This document shows, piece by piece, positions 1-9,923 of a stretch of 64,000 nucleotides of DNA (the first letter of the stretch is position 1; every line of letters begins with the position of its first letter). The position numbers and the translations under genes were made by a program. Origin of the DNA: Candidatus Poriferihabitaceae bacterium (GTDB lineage: Bacteria; Pseudomonadota; Gammaproteobacteria; Arenicellales; Poriferihabitantaceae); NCBI GenBank assembly GCA_965204925.1, contig OZ242021.1, forward strand, positions 1,420,000-1,483,999, read 5' to 3'. Under the pieces are notes generated by a model. It worked only from the letters and a program-made list of their open reading frames with translations. It did not search any database and was not told the DNA's origin.

Positions 1-1775
1 TGGACCAGCTGCTGAAACAGATATTCAGGCGCCCGGAAATCCGTGTTGTACAGTCCCTGATCAGGAGCTACAATGCCCACCAGGGTGACTCGCGGGAAAT
101 CATGCCCCTTGGAAATCAGCTGGGTGCCAATAATGATGTCCATGTCTCCTTGCCTGATTCCCGACAGAATTTTCTCCAATCTTGAATGGGTGGCGGCTTC
201 GTCACTATCAAACCGGACTATGCGGGCATCGGGCAATTGTTGCTTGAGGACTTCCTCCAGCCTCTGGGTGCCTGTGCCGCGATAGGACAGTGAATGATGG
301 CAATGCGGGCATCGGCATTGCGGGCGGGCAATCCTGCCACAGTAATGACATCGCAGCGTATTGGTTTTTTGATGAAATGTCAGCCAGGCGTCGCAGCGGC
401 TGCATCTCGCCTTCCAGTTACAGCGGGTGCATCCGGCCACCGTTGCGAAGCCGCGGCGATTGATATACAGAATGACCTGACAGCCGTTGTCAACCTCCGT
501 CCGTACCGCTTCCAGCAGTTGCGCGGTCAGGCCGCCGTTTTGACGGTGCTTTTGCAAATCGATCCACTCGATTTCGGGTAATTTTGCCTGGCCTGTCCTG
601 CGACTCAGTTTGAGCAGGCGGTGTTTGCCTGTTTTCACATTGTTGGTCGACTCCATCGAGGGTGTGGCAGAGCCCAGCAGAATCGGCACATTTTCCATAC
701 TCGCCCGCTTTATGGCCAGGTCACGGGCATGATAGCGAAAGCGGTCCTGCTGTTTATAGGAGTGGTCATGTTCTTCGTCGACGATGATCATTCCGGGCCG
801 CTTCATCGGTGTGAAAATCGCAGAACGGGTACCGATGATCACAGTGGCCGTGCCTTCGCGTGCCCGCCACCAGCTTGTGTATCGTTGCTGCGGGTTCAGG
901 CCCGAGTGGACCACGGTGACTCCCCTTCCGAGTCTTGACCGGAATCTTTCCAGTAATTGGGAGGTCAGGGCGATTTCGGGGATCAGTATCATGACCTGAT
1001 GACCGCTTGCCAGACATTGCTGCGCGATTTGCAGATACACTTCCGTTTTCCCGCTGCCGGTAATGCCATGCAGGACAAATGAACGGTATTGGCCGAATGA
1101 TTCGACCACGCTGTTCACCGCTGCCTGTTGTTCATCCGTCAAGCGCTTGCCGGAGCCGGTGATCGCATATTCTCCCGCCAGGGCGCGCCTTTCACGCCGC
1201 TCGATCATTCCTTTTGCAAGCAGGGCTTTCAGGGCGTGGTGGATGCTGGCAGGTGTTTCCGTTGCCATGGCGTCTGTCAGCTGCGTCAGGGAGTATTCGC
1301 ATGAATCGCCAAAGAATCGAAACAGCTGCCGTTGCTTGCGCGCCCTTCGCAATAATTGATCGGCTCTCGTCATGTCCACATGATCGCTGCGCCGGTAACA
1401 GATTTCCTGCAGAGGATTTTCGCTGACAACAGCCCGCCGCAACCTGGCGGGGAGCGCGGCGCGAAATACATCACCCACGGGGTGATGGTAATAATTCGCC
1501 GCCCAAAGCAGTAATGCAGTCAGGCTGCCAGTAAAAACAGGGGTATCGTCCAGTACACGCTCGATCGTTTTGAGCTGGATGTTGTCCATCGTATCCAAAC
1601 GGGGCGGCAGTACAACCCCGACTACAGAGCGGTTGGATTCGCCGAAAGGAACGAGGACGCGGCTGCCCGCGGCTACCGGCTCAGGGCTTATATAGTCGAA
1701 CACCTGTCTTAGCGGCACAGGAATGGCGATTTGAATCCGGCAGGCTCGTTTGTTGGCAGGGTCTTTCTCAGTCAC
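1..1775 (-). CDS. priA: Primosomal protein N' (PriA replication-restart helicase); C-terminus runs off the left edge
   Basis: The minus-strand translation is absent from the ORF track because it has no stop in the window. It gives FVLHGITGSGKTEVYLQ (Walker A), MIIVDEEHDHSYKQ (DEAH-type box), CTRCNWKARCSRCDAWLTFHQ (Zn-finger insert) and GTQLISKGHDFPRVTLVGIV. Start taken as GTG at 1775 (VTEKDPANKRACRIQIAIPVP); the start is uncertain. Confidence 0.85.
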   Translation of the reverse strand, partial: MTEKDPANKRACRIQIAIPVPLRQVFDYISPEPVAAGSRVLVPFGESNRSVVGVVLPPRLDTMDNIQLKTIERVLDDTPVFTGSLTALLLWAANYYHHPVGDVFRAALPARLRRAVVSENPLQEICYRRSDHVDMTRADQLLRRARKQRQLFRFFGDSCEYSLTQLTDAMATETPASIHHALKALLAKGMIERRERRALAGEYAITGSGKRLTDEQQAAVNSVVESFGQYRSFVLHGITGSGKTEVYLQIAQQCLASGHQVMILIPEIALTSQLLERFRSRLGRGVTVVHSGLNPQQRYTSWWRAREGTATVIIGTRSAIFTPMKRPGMIIVDEEHDHSYKQQDRFRYHARDLAIKRASMENVPILLGSATPSMESTNNVKTGKHRLLKLSRRTGQAKLPEIEWIDLQKHRQNGGLTAQLLEAVRTEVDNGCQVILYINRRGFATVAGCTRCNWKARCSRCDAWLTFHQKTNTLRCHYCGRIARPQCRCPHCHHSLSYRGTGTQRLEEVLKQQLPDARIVRFDSDEAATHSRLEKILSGIRQGDMDIIIGTQLISKGHDFPRVTLVGIVAPDQGLYNTDFRAPEYLFQQLV

Positions 1776-2175
1776 TGAATGATTGTCGAACCCGAAATGA
1801 TCGGGTGAAGTTGAAGTCCTCCCTGTTCGTGAAGAGGCAAGCGGAGGATAAATGACGGGGTTGTTGACAAAATCTGTAGATAACTCTGTGGATAATGTGG
1901 CCGGGGCCGGGTTCGAAGAAGCGATCATCGTTTGGCGACAGCGAACACTCTGTCTTTCTTTTCCGAAAATACACTAATTAAAACAATATGTTATACAATC
2001 AATATTAAAAATTGGGAGAAGTTGTGAACATAATTCGGGTCCTCGAAAATGCAGATCGGTATTGTGCATAACTTTGCCGGAATTTCGAGAAATGTTGTGC
2101 AATGGTTCTGTAATCAATCACTTATACCGTTTTTTGCCAGCTATGGAATAGCTTGTGTATGTAAGTTGGTCACCA

Positions 2176-2724
2176 CTAGATCGTGTCAATTCGCAGTTCG
2201 AACCGTCCTTGCCCGTGCTCCTTCAAAAATCGTTGCAGCGTATTGTGGATGACCCTGAAAGCGATTTTGTCCCAGGGAATCCGTGAGGCTTCTACCAGTT
2301 CGACTGCCAAGCTTTCCTGGCCGATGCCGAATTGGTCCGATCCGTCAAGCTCTGCCCGGAACAGCATATAGATCTGGTTTACCGAAGTCACGTTGTAAAT
2401 CTGGTAGAGGGATGGATTGATGACGTTTGCACAAGCCTCTTCGCGGGTTTCCCGCATCGCTCCCTGTTCAATCGTTTCACCATTTTCCATAAACCCGGCG
2501 GGAATCGTCCAATACCCCAGACGCGGCTCTATCGCTCTTTTACACAACAGGATGCGGTCTTCCCAGACCGGGATGCAACCAGTCACGATTCTTGGGTTCT
2601 GGTACTGGATCTGGCCGCAACGCCTGCATAGATGCCGCGGGCGGTTATCCCCTTCGGGAATCTCGAATGTCACCCTGCTGCCGCAGAAAGTACAGTGATT
2701 GATCGGGCGGGTTTCTCTCATCAT
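2176..2724 (-). CDS. Nudix hydrolase with N-terminal Zn-ribbon
   Basis: 182-aa ORF. Nudix box GFMENGETIEQGAMRETREEA. N-terminal CxxC...CxxC (CTFCGS...CRRCGQ). Confidence 0.8.
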   Translation of the reverse strand: MMRETRPINHCTFCGSRVTFEIPEGDNRPRHLCRRCGQIQYQNPRIVTGCIPVWEDRILLCKRAIEPRLGYWTIPAGFMENGETIEQGAMRETREEACANVINPSLYQIYNVTSVNQIYMLFRAELDGSDQFGIGQESLAVELVEASRIPWDKIAFRVIHNTLQRFLKEHGQGRFELRIDTI

Positions 2725-2742
2725 AATGATCGTAAACGGGGG

Positions 2743-3636
2743 TCAGGCGGATTGCATCAGGCCCAGAACCAGGCCGCACCAGACAGCGGCTCCTATCCAG
2801 TTGTTATTCAAAAATGCGGACAGGGACTTCTGAGAATCCCGCTCCCTGCACAAGTATTGCTGGTAAACGGCAAGCCCGGCCGCAAATCCCAGGAACAGGT
2901 AAAAATGCCATGAAAGATGGCTTTCCCACCCAATCAGTCCAATCAGGCTTAAGGACGCAATATGCAGTATGCCGACAATGAGGGTATCATAATTACCGAA
3001 CGCGATGGCCGTTGACTTGATGCCGATCAACCGGTCCTCTTCTCGGTCCGCCATTGCATACTGGGTGTCATAGGCGACGATCCACAGGAAATTGGCGAGA
3101 AACAGGACCCAGGCCTGCGTGGGGAGAGACCCGGTCAATGCGGAATAAGCCATGGGGATGCCCATGGAGAATGCCAGCCCCAGCGCCAGTTGCGGGAACC
3201 GGGTAACTCGTTTGCAGAAGGGATATAACAGGGTGAGCATGACCGCGACAATGGATAAATAACGGGTCAGCGGGTTCAATAGTAATACGAGGCCAAAAGC
3301 GATCAGTACAAGAGCCGCGAACAAGAGCAATGCTGTCCGGGTACTGAGGGAACCGCTGGCGAGCGGGCGGTGTTTCGTTCTTTCGACATGGGGGTCCAGA
3401 TTGCGGTCAGCATAATCATTGATAATGCACCCCGCCGCCCGCATGACCACCGCGCCGAACATGAATACAAGGACGATATCCGGGTCGGGAGAGCCTTCTC
3501 CGGCCAGCCATAATGCCCATAGTGTGGGCCAGAGTAGCAGAAATGTGCCGATTGGCCGGTCAAGGCGCATTAACCGGATGCAGGCTGAAAAAGCTCCCGG
3601 CTGTATTTGTAGTTTATACATTGGCATATTGTTCAC
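2743..3636 (-). CDS. ubiA: 4-hydroxybenzoate polyprenyltransferase (UbiA family)
   Basis: 297-aa polytopic membrane ORF with the UbiA Asp-rich motif IINDYADRNLDPHVERTKHRPLASG and a second motif YDTQYAMADREEDRLIGIKS. The start may be one of the downstream Met codons (MPMYK/MYK). Confidence 0.85.
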   Translation of the reverse strand: MNNMPMYKLQIQPGAFSACIRLMRLDRPIGTFLLLWPTLWALWLAGEGSPDPDIVLVFMFGAVVMRAAGCIINDYADRNLDPHVERTKHRPLASGSLSTRTALLLFAALVLIAFGLVLLLNPLTRYLSIVAVMLTLLYPFCKRVTRFPQLALGLAFSMGIPMAYSALTGSLPTQAWVLFLANFLWIVAYDTQYAMADREEDRLIGIKSTAIAFGNYDTLIVGILHIASLSLIGLIGWESHLSWHFYLFLGFAAGLAVYQQYLCRERDSQKSLSAFLNNNWIGAAVWCGLVLGLMQSA

Positions 3637-5697
3637 TGCTGCACATCCATCTTGATATCAGAGCGGGCACCCGATGTGGATATTGTTCCCGTAATTTCCG
3701 GGAAATTCGTTCGACCACGGGGATCATCGCCCGGTCGCGGGCGAGGTTGGCAATTCGCATTTGCTGAATCCCGGTTTGCCGGGTTCCGAGCAACTCTCCG
3801 GGGCCTCTTTGCTCAAGGTCCTTACGGGCGATTTCGAATCCGTCATTGGTATTGCGCAGGATGCCCAGACGTTCTTTTGCGATTGCTCCCAGAGGCGCCT
3901 GGTACAGCAACACACAGGAGGCCTGGTCTGCGCTGCGCCCGACCCGGCCGCGCAACTGGTGAAGCTGCGCCAGCCCCAGCCTTTCCGCATTTTCAATCAC
4001 CATCAGATTGGCGTTGGGCACATCCACGCCCACTTCGATTACTGTGGTTGCTACCAGCAGATCAATCAGGGCCTGATCGAAGCGGCGCATTATCGATTCT
4101 TTTTCCGCCGGTTTCAATCGTCCGTGGATCAGTTCGATGCGCAGTTCAGGCAGCAATTCGCGCAGGTCCGCGCAAGTCTCTGTCGCAGTGCGGATTTGCA
4201 GTTTGTCGGATTCTTCGATCAACGGGCAGACCCAGTATGCCTGTAGTCCCTGCGGCAGTTGTAGCGGATGCGCTCCGCGACCTTAGGCCGCCGGGTGTCC
4301 GGCAATACCACTGTAGTTACCGGTTTTCTGCCTGCCGGCAACTCATCAATGCTTGATATGTCCAGGTCCACGTACAGGATCATGGCCAGCGACCGCGGTA
4401 TCGGAGTCGCGCTCATGATAATCTGGTGAGGCACGATGTCCCGGAAAGCGCCCTTGCCGCGCAGCGCCAGTCTCTGGTCGACCCCGAAGCGGTGCTGCTC
4501 ATCGACAATGATCAGGCCGAGCTTGTTGAACTCGACCGATTCCTGGAACAAGGCATGGGTGCCAATGATCATTTTCGCTGCACCGCCGGCAATCCGTACC
4601 AACGCTTTTCTGCGGTTTGCCGCAGTCAGTTTTCCGGTTAACCATTCGATACCGATATCAAGCGGCGCAAACCACTGCTCAAATGTCTTGCGATGCTGTT
4701 CCGCAAGCAGTTCGGTGGGAGCCATCAGCGCCGTTTGGTAACCATTATCGATGGCTTGCAGGGCGGCGGCGGCGGAGACGATGGTTTTACCCGACCCCAC
4801 ATCTCCCTGAATGAGACGCATGACCGGATATTTCCTGGAGAGATCCTGCTGAATCTCGCGGATTACCCGGGTTTGCGCAGCGGTCAATTGAAAGTCGAGC
4901 CGATCTTTCAGCAAACCCCAGGATTTGCCTGTGTCCGTAATGAGCGGCCCGTTTTCCCGTTGCCGTTTCTGGCGAAGCCGGTAAAAGGCGAGCTGGTGAG
5001 CCAACAGCTCTTCCAGGGCCAGACGTTGGCATGCCGGATGAATACCCCCTTGCAGCGCCTCGGTATCACAATCCGCCGGAGGGTTGTGAACGGTTTGCAG
5101 CGCCTTTGCCAACGGCATCAGTCCGAATTCGAGGCGGAGTTCCTGTGGAATGATGTCGGATAATTGTTGCCGGTAATTTGCAAGACTTGAGGATACCAGT
5201 TTGCGGATCGTTTTCTGCCCCAGTCCTTCTGTCGCGGGATAAACCGGCGTCAAGGTCTCCTCCAGCGCCGGCTCGCCGGGCTGCCTGAAGATTCTGTATT
5301 CCGGATGGACCATTTCCATACCCTGAAAACCCCGTCGCGCTTCACCATAGCATTGAATCCAGGCACCCTGGTAAAACCCCTTTTTCTGGTTATGACTGAA
5401 ATGGAAAAAACGAAGAAAAATTGATGCGCTGGAGTCACTTACCCGCACCAGCAGATTCTTGCGCCTGCCGGAGCGGATGTCCACCGTGTCAATCCGACCG
5501 AATATAACCGACTCATGACCGGCGCGGAGACAGTCTATCCGGGTCACACGTGTTTTGTCCTGATAGCGGGAGGGCAGGTGGAAAAGCAGATCCTGTGGCG
5601 CGGAAATACCGATTTTCTTCAATTTGCCGATGATTCGGGGACTGGCGCCGACAAACGATTGCAGAGGATGCGACACAACGGCGCTGGAAGAATTCAA
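3614..5697 (-). pseudogene. recG: ATP-dependent DNA helicase RecG, split into two ORFs by an apparent 1-nt frameshift
   Basis: ORF 4219..5697 (492 aa) carries the wedge domain, GDVGSGKT and IIVDEQHRFG. ORF 3614..4222 (202 aa) carries the helicase C-terminal half (IHGRLKPAEKE, HQLRGRVGR). They join as ...AERIRYNCRR|GLQAYWVCPLIEESDKL only if one G is added to the GGG run (plus-strand CCC at 4248-4250). Confidence 0.85.
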
Positions 5698-5725
5698 ACC
5701 GGCCCCATGCTTGAACCTGAACCCG

Positions 5726-6112
5726 TTACGGCAGTACCAGAATGGCTTCGATTTCGATCGGCACCCCCTTGGGCAGGGAGGCTACGCCGACGGCTGCGCG
5801 GGCCGGATAGGGTTTGTCGAAATATTGCGCCATGATTTCATTGACCGCCGCGAAATTTTCCAGGTTCGTCAGGGAGATGTTGAGCTTTACCGCGTCTGCC
5901 AGACTGCCCCCGGCCGCCTCTGCCACCGCTGCCAGGTTCATGAAAACCCGGTGAGCCGCCTCCTGGAAAGAAGCATCCACGATTTCCATGGTATCCGGAT
6001 GCAAGGGAATCTGGCCCGAAATATAGACAGTCTCGCCGGTTTTGACCGCCTGCGAGTAAGTCCCTATGGCGCCGGGCGCCCGTCCGGTGCTGATAATTTC
6101 TTTTGCGCTCAT
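5726..6112 (-). CDS. ridA: RidA/YjgF/TdcF-family reactive-intermediate deaminase
   Basis: 128-aa ORF of typical family length. Sequence includes [24 protein letters not shown] and [22 protein letters not shown]. Confidence 0.8.
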   Translation of the reverse strand: MSAKEIISTGRAPGAIGTYSQAVKTGETVYISGQIPLHPDTMEIVDASFQEAAHRVFMNLAAVAEAAGGSLADAVKLNISLTNLENFAAVNEIMAQYFDKPYPARAAVGVASLPKGVPIEIEAILVLP

Positions 6113-6349
6113 TTTATGGATCCCGATCTGTTCTCATTAGCGGTTCGACACATTACGATTAAACCATAAATCACCGATTGTTTCCCGGATTTCCTCACAC
6201 AACGTATCAGGGCGGTTTGCGAAACCGGTATATATTGATATCGGTAGCCCCGTTCCCATATCTGCTTGAGCGCCTGTTCTCTGCCTTCCCGGACGCGGGA
6301 GAGCGGAGCGAAATTCTACCGTTTCGATGATCAAAAGCGATGATTTTTC

Positions 6350-6402
6350 TTGACATCGGACGGTCTCCTTTTTACAGTGGGAAGAAGTGGAGAATTGTGG
6401 AT
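6350..6402 (+). promoter_or_regulatory. dcw (Pmra) sigma70 promoter plus MraZ operator
   Basis: TTGACA (6350-6355), a 17-nt spacer, then TACAGT (6373-6378). Three direct repeats follow with exact 10-bp phasing: GTGGGA (6377), GTGGAG (6387) and GTGGAT (6397). They lie 19-44 nt upstream of the mraZ ATG. This matches the known MraZ TGGGN-N5 repeat operator architecture. Confidence 0.7.
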
Positions 6403-6420
6403 AAATTCTGGTAGAAAAGC

Positions 6421-6879
6421 ATGTTGCGCGGCGCACACTCGATTAATCTGGACAACAAGGGCAGATTCACCATCCCCAGCCGGTATCGGGACAATCTGGC
6501 CACACGTTGTGACGGCAAGATGGTTGTGACGGTGAACAATACCAGGGAGCACTGTCTCTGGCTATACCCGGTCGATGAATGGGAAAGGGTTGAGGAAAAA
6601 CTGGTTGCGTTACCCAGTTTCGATCCGGGCCACCAGAAGCTCAAGCGTTTTTTGCTTGGCTACGCCTCCGATGTCGATATGGATGGCAACGGGAGAATTT
6701 TGCTACCGCCCCCGCTTCGTGAATTTGCCATGATGACGAAAGAAATCTATCTGGTCGGCCAAGGCAATAAATTCGAAATCTGGAGCGAAAGCCTGTGGTA
6801 TACGCGCCGCAGGGAATGGTTCAGTGAAGATATGGATGCCGGCAACATTTCGGTAGAAATGGAGAGGCTCTCGTTGTGA
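6421..6879 (+). CDS. mraZ: Transcriptional regulator MraZ
   Basis: 152-aa ORF with the two-fold MraZ repeat: LDNKGRFTIPSRYR and MDGNGRILLPPPLR. It is the first gene of the dcw cluster. Confidence 0.95.
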   Translation: MLRGAHSINLDNKGRFTIPSRYRDNLATRCDGKMVVTVNNTREHCLWLYPVDEWERVEEKLVALPSFDPGHQKLKRFLLGYASDVDMDGNGRILLPPPLREFAMMTKEIYLVGQGNKFEIWSESLWYTRRREWFSEDMDAGNISVEMERLSL

Positions 6880-7871
6880 ATGACGTGCAGTCGTCAGCCC
6901 ATGTTCCGGTTTTGTTGAAGGAGGCGGTACAGGCGCTTGACCTCGCTGGCCGGGAAGTGGTGGTCGATGCGACCTGGGGAAGAGGCGGGCATTCCCGTGA
7001 AATGTTGAAAATTCTGCCTGCGTCCGCCAGATTAATCGTGATTGACCGGGATGTGGACGCGGTCGCCCACGCCAGGAATTTCTCCCGGGATGACCCGAGA
7101 ATCGAGGTGGTTCACAGTTCTTTCTCAAGACTCAGGAGCATCCTGCGCGACAGGAACCTGCTTGGGGAGGTGGATGCGATATTGTTCGATTTGGGCGTGT
7201 CATCTCCCCAGCTTGACGAGTCTGAAAGGGGATTCAGCTTCAGTCAGGACGGACCATTGGATATGAGAATGGACCGGAGCACGGGAGTCCCGGCCGCGGA
7301 CTGGGTGAAACAGACCGGGGAGGCTGAACTGGCACAGGTCCTGCGACGTTTCGGGGAGGAAAAATTCGCGCGCAGAATAGCGCGCAGCATCAAGCGGGCG
7401 CTTGTGCGCGAGGACATCAGAAGTACGGCCGAGCTTGGCAGACTGGTAGCGGATGTTGTGCCGACGAGAGAGAAGCGCAAGCACCCGGCGACCCGCACGT
7501 TTCAGGCGATCCGGATCGCCGTCAATGAGGAGTTGCAGGAACTCGAGAGCGTTCTGCCGCAGGCTCTTGATGCGCTGGCTCCGGGCGGTCGGCTGGTCGT
7601 GATCAGTTTCCATTCCCTTGAAGACAGAATGGTAAAACGGTTTCTGCGCGCCCGCTCGAAGGGGGATCGCTGGCCTGCCGACCTTCCTGTCACCAGTGAC
7701 ATGCTGAAGCCGGAACTTGTTCTGATCGGCAGGCCGGTCAGGGCGGCGCCCAATGAACTGGAGAGAAACCCGAGAGCAAGAAGCGCAGTCATGCGTGTCG
7801 CCGGCAAGACCGCCGCGGTCAGCGCCGCGGACAACACGGATTCCTGGAATGGGACCCTTTCAATCAATTGA
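6876..7871 (+). CDS. rsmH: 16S rRNA (cytosine1402-N4)-methyltransferase RsmH
   Basis: Motifs HVPVLLKEAV, DATWGRGGHS and DLGVSSPQLD. GTG start overlaps the mraZ stop. Confidence 0.95.
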   Translation: MNDVQSSAHVPVLLKEAVQALDLAGREVVVDATWGRGGHSREMLKILPASARLIVIDRDVDAVAHARNFSRDDPRIEVVHSSFSRLRSILRDRNLLGEVDAILFDLGVSSPQLDESERGFSFSQDGPLDMRMDRSTGVPAADWVKQTGEAELAQVLRRFGEEKFARRIARSIKRALVREDIRSTAELGRLVADVVPTREKRKHPATRTFQAIRIAVNEELQELESVLPQALDALAPGGRLVVISFHSLEDRMVKRFLRARSKGDRWPADLPVTSDMLKPELVLIGRPVRAAPNELERNPRARSAVMRVAGKTAAVSAADNTDSWNGTLSIN

Positions 7872-8160
7872 CAGGCTTTCCATCATTTTGCTGGTTTTCG
7901 TGATCTTCAGCGCTTTGGCAGTGGTCACCGTCCGCCATGAGAATCGACTGGTATTTGCGCACTTATACGACCTTGACACCCGGCTCGCCCGGCTCGAAAC
8001 CGAGTGGAACCGGCTCTTGATCGAGAAAACAACGTGGAATACGCGGCACAACATCGCAGATAGTGTGGAACGGCGATTGGGACTGTACCCGCCTCCCCTC
8101 GAAAAAATTGTGACCGTGTATCTGGGAATATCCGGTCAGCGACAGGCAGACAACGAGTGA
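7849..8160 (+). CDS. ftsL: Cell division protein FtsL
   Basis: Internal ATG of ORF 7753..8160. About 103 aa with one TM segment (LSIILLVFVIFSALAVVTV) followed by a coiled-coil (LARLETEWNRLLIEK). Conserved position between rsmH and ftsI. Confidence 0.8.
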   Translation: MGPFQSIDRLSIILLVFVIFSALAVVTVRHENRLVFAHLYDLDTRLARLETEWNRLLIEKTTWNTRHNIADSVERRLGLYPPPLEKIVTVYLGISGQRQADNE

Positions 8161-8202
8161 GCGGTCCAGTGGTTCGAATTCACAAGCGCGAGATATGGGC
8201 AG

Positions 8203-9906
8203 ATGGTTAGAAACCGTTCACCCGCAGACTCGTTGATCTGGCGTCAGTATGTGGCGCTTGCGGGTATGATCGCTGTGTTTGCCGTGCTTGCGTTGCGGGT
8301 CGTTTACCTGCAAACCTCCGAGCGGGAAAAACTGAAAGCCCAGGGAGATATGCGTTACTTGCGGGAGGTGGCGGTTTTTCCGGAGCGGGGACGGATTCTT
8401 GACCGTAACGGTCAGCCGCTGTCTGTCAGTACTCCGGTGTATTCCCTCGTCTCGGAACCGGAACCATTCTGCAATGCGCAACGATCTTGGGACAATATCC
8501 TGGAAATGGCGGGTATTTCAAGAGCATACCTCAAGAACAAGTGCGAGAAATTTGCCGGCGCTGATTTCATGTATGTCAAACGGCAACTGCCGCCTGCCGT
8601 AGTCGAACAGGTGATGAAGTCCCCGGCGCCCGGACTTGCTGTACGAAGGGAGTACAGACGATATTTCCCGAGCGGCCCGGTCAGCGCCCACCTGATCGGA
8701 TTTACCGATATTGACGGCAACGGCCAAGAGGGGCTGGAACTGGCATTCAATGAGGACCTGAAGGGCAGTGAAGGGCGCATGCTGGCGCTCAAAAGTCTCG
8801 GTGGGCGTTATGTCGAGAGAGTGGAAAACATTCGGCAGGTGCGGCATGGACGCGACGTTGTGATCAGCATTGACGCGAGGCTGCAGTCGCTGGCCAGCAA
8901 GTATCTCGAATCCGCGTTGATTGAACATGGCGCCGCAAGCGGCAGTGTGGTGGTTTTATCCGTGCCGAGTGGAGAAATCCTGGCAATGGTGAATGCGCCC
9001 TGGTTCAATCCCAATGACCGCGGGACCCTGAAAGATAGAATATTCAGGAATCGCGCCGTGACCGATACTCTGGAGCCGGGATCTACGGCGAAGCCGTTCA
9101 CCATTGCCATGGCGCTGGAAAGCGGGACGGTTGAGGCGGACACGATCGTGGACACTTCTCCTGGCGCCTGGCGGGTCGGAGGTCGTACGATCCGGGATAT
9201 CCATGACTACGGGGAACTGTCGGTTTTTGATGTGCTCGTTCGCTCAAGCAATATCGGGTCTGCAAAAATTGCCCTTGCCTTACCGTTTGATGAACTTTTC
9301 GACATTTTGCAGGATGTTGGATTCGGTTCAATGGCCGCGTTCCTGCCGGGGGAGACTGCGGGTGTCCTCAAGCGCCGTTCCCGCAACATAGAACACGCGA
9401 CCATGGCGTATGGTTACGGGTTCTCGGCCACTCCGCTGCAACTGGCGAGGGCCTATACCGTTTTTGCTACGGACGGAGAGCTGTTACCGGTCACTCTTGA
9501 ACGAAAGGAACTCGGGTTTCGCGCCCGCGGGAAAAGGGTGTTCAGCCCGGACACGGCCCTGCGCGTCAGGGAAATGCTGGAACAGGTCGCCACGACAAAA
9601 GGCACAGCCCGCAAGGCAAGGGTGGCTCGTTATCGAATCGGCGGCAAAACTGGTACCACTCACAAACTGATCGACGGTAACTACAGGAATAACCGGTATG
9701 TGTCGGTGTTCGCCGGACTCGGTCCGATTTCCGACCCGAAATTTGTAACTGTCGTTGCCATTGATGATCCGCGAGGAAAGTTTCACTATGGCGGCGATGT
9801 CGCGGCGCCGGTTTTTGCGAGACTGATGGCTGATATGATGCGTCTGTATAACGTAAGACCCGATCAGGTCGATTCGCCCCGCATCGTTGCCAGCCAGCGT
9901 CAATAA
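8203..9906 (+). CDS. ftsI: Peptidoglycan D,D-transpeptidase FtsI (PBP3)
   Basis: 567 aa with an N-terminal TM. Penicillin-binding motifs: STAKPF (SxxK), SSN (RSSNIG) and KTGT (GGKTGTT). Confidence 0.95.
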   Translation: MVRNRSPADSLIWRQYVALAGMIAVFAVLALRVVYLQTSEREKLKAQGDMRYLREVAVFPERGRILDRNGQPLSVSTPVYSLVSEPEPFCNAQRSWDNILEMAGISRAYLKNKCEKFAGADFMYVKRQLPPAVVEQVMKSPAPGLAVRREYRRYFPSGPVSAHLIGFTDIDGNGQEGLELAFNEDLKGSEGRMLALKSLGGRYVERVENIRQVRHGRDVVISIDARLQSLASKYLESALIEHGAASGSVVVLSVPSGEILAMVNAPWFNPNDRGTLKDRIFRNRAVTDTLEPGSTAKPFTIAMALESGTVEADTIVDTSPGAWRVGGRTIRDIHDYGELSVFDVLVRSSNIGSAKIALALPFDELFDILQDVGFGSMAAFLPGETAGVLKRRSRNIEHATMAYGYGFSATPLQLARAYTVFATDGELLPVTLERKELGFRARGKRVFSPDTALRVREMLEQVATTKGTARKARVARYRIGGKTGTTHKLIDGNYRNNRYVSVFAGLGPISDPKFVTVVAIDDPRGKFHYGGDVAAPVFARLMADMMRLYNVRPDQVDSPRIVASQRQ

Positions 9907-9923
9907 GAGCCGGAGTATCGATA

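Noticed and set aside
3652-4356. 234-aa plus-strand ORF across the recG frameshift region.
   Set aside because: It is antisense to recG, has Arg/Pro/Ala-rich junk composition and matches no recognisable family. It does not explain the recG split.
6137-6436. 99-aa minus-strand ORF in the ridA-mraZ intergenic region.
   Set aside because: It overlaps the dcw promoter/MraZ operator and the mraZ start. It has no RBS or motif. The region is better explained as regulatory.
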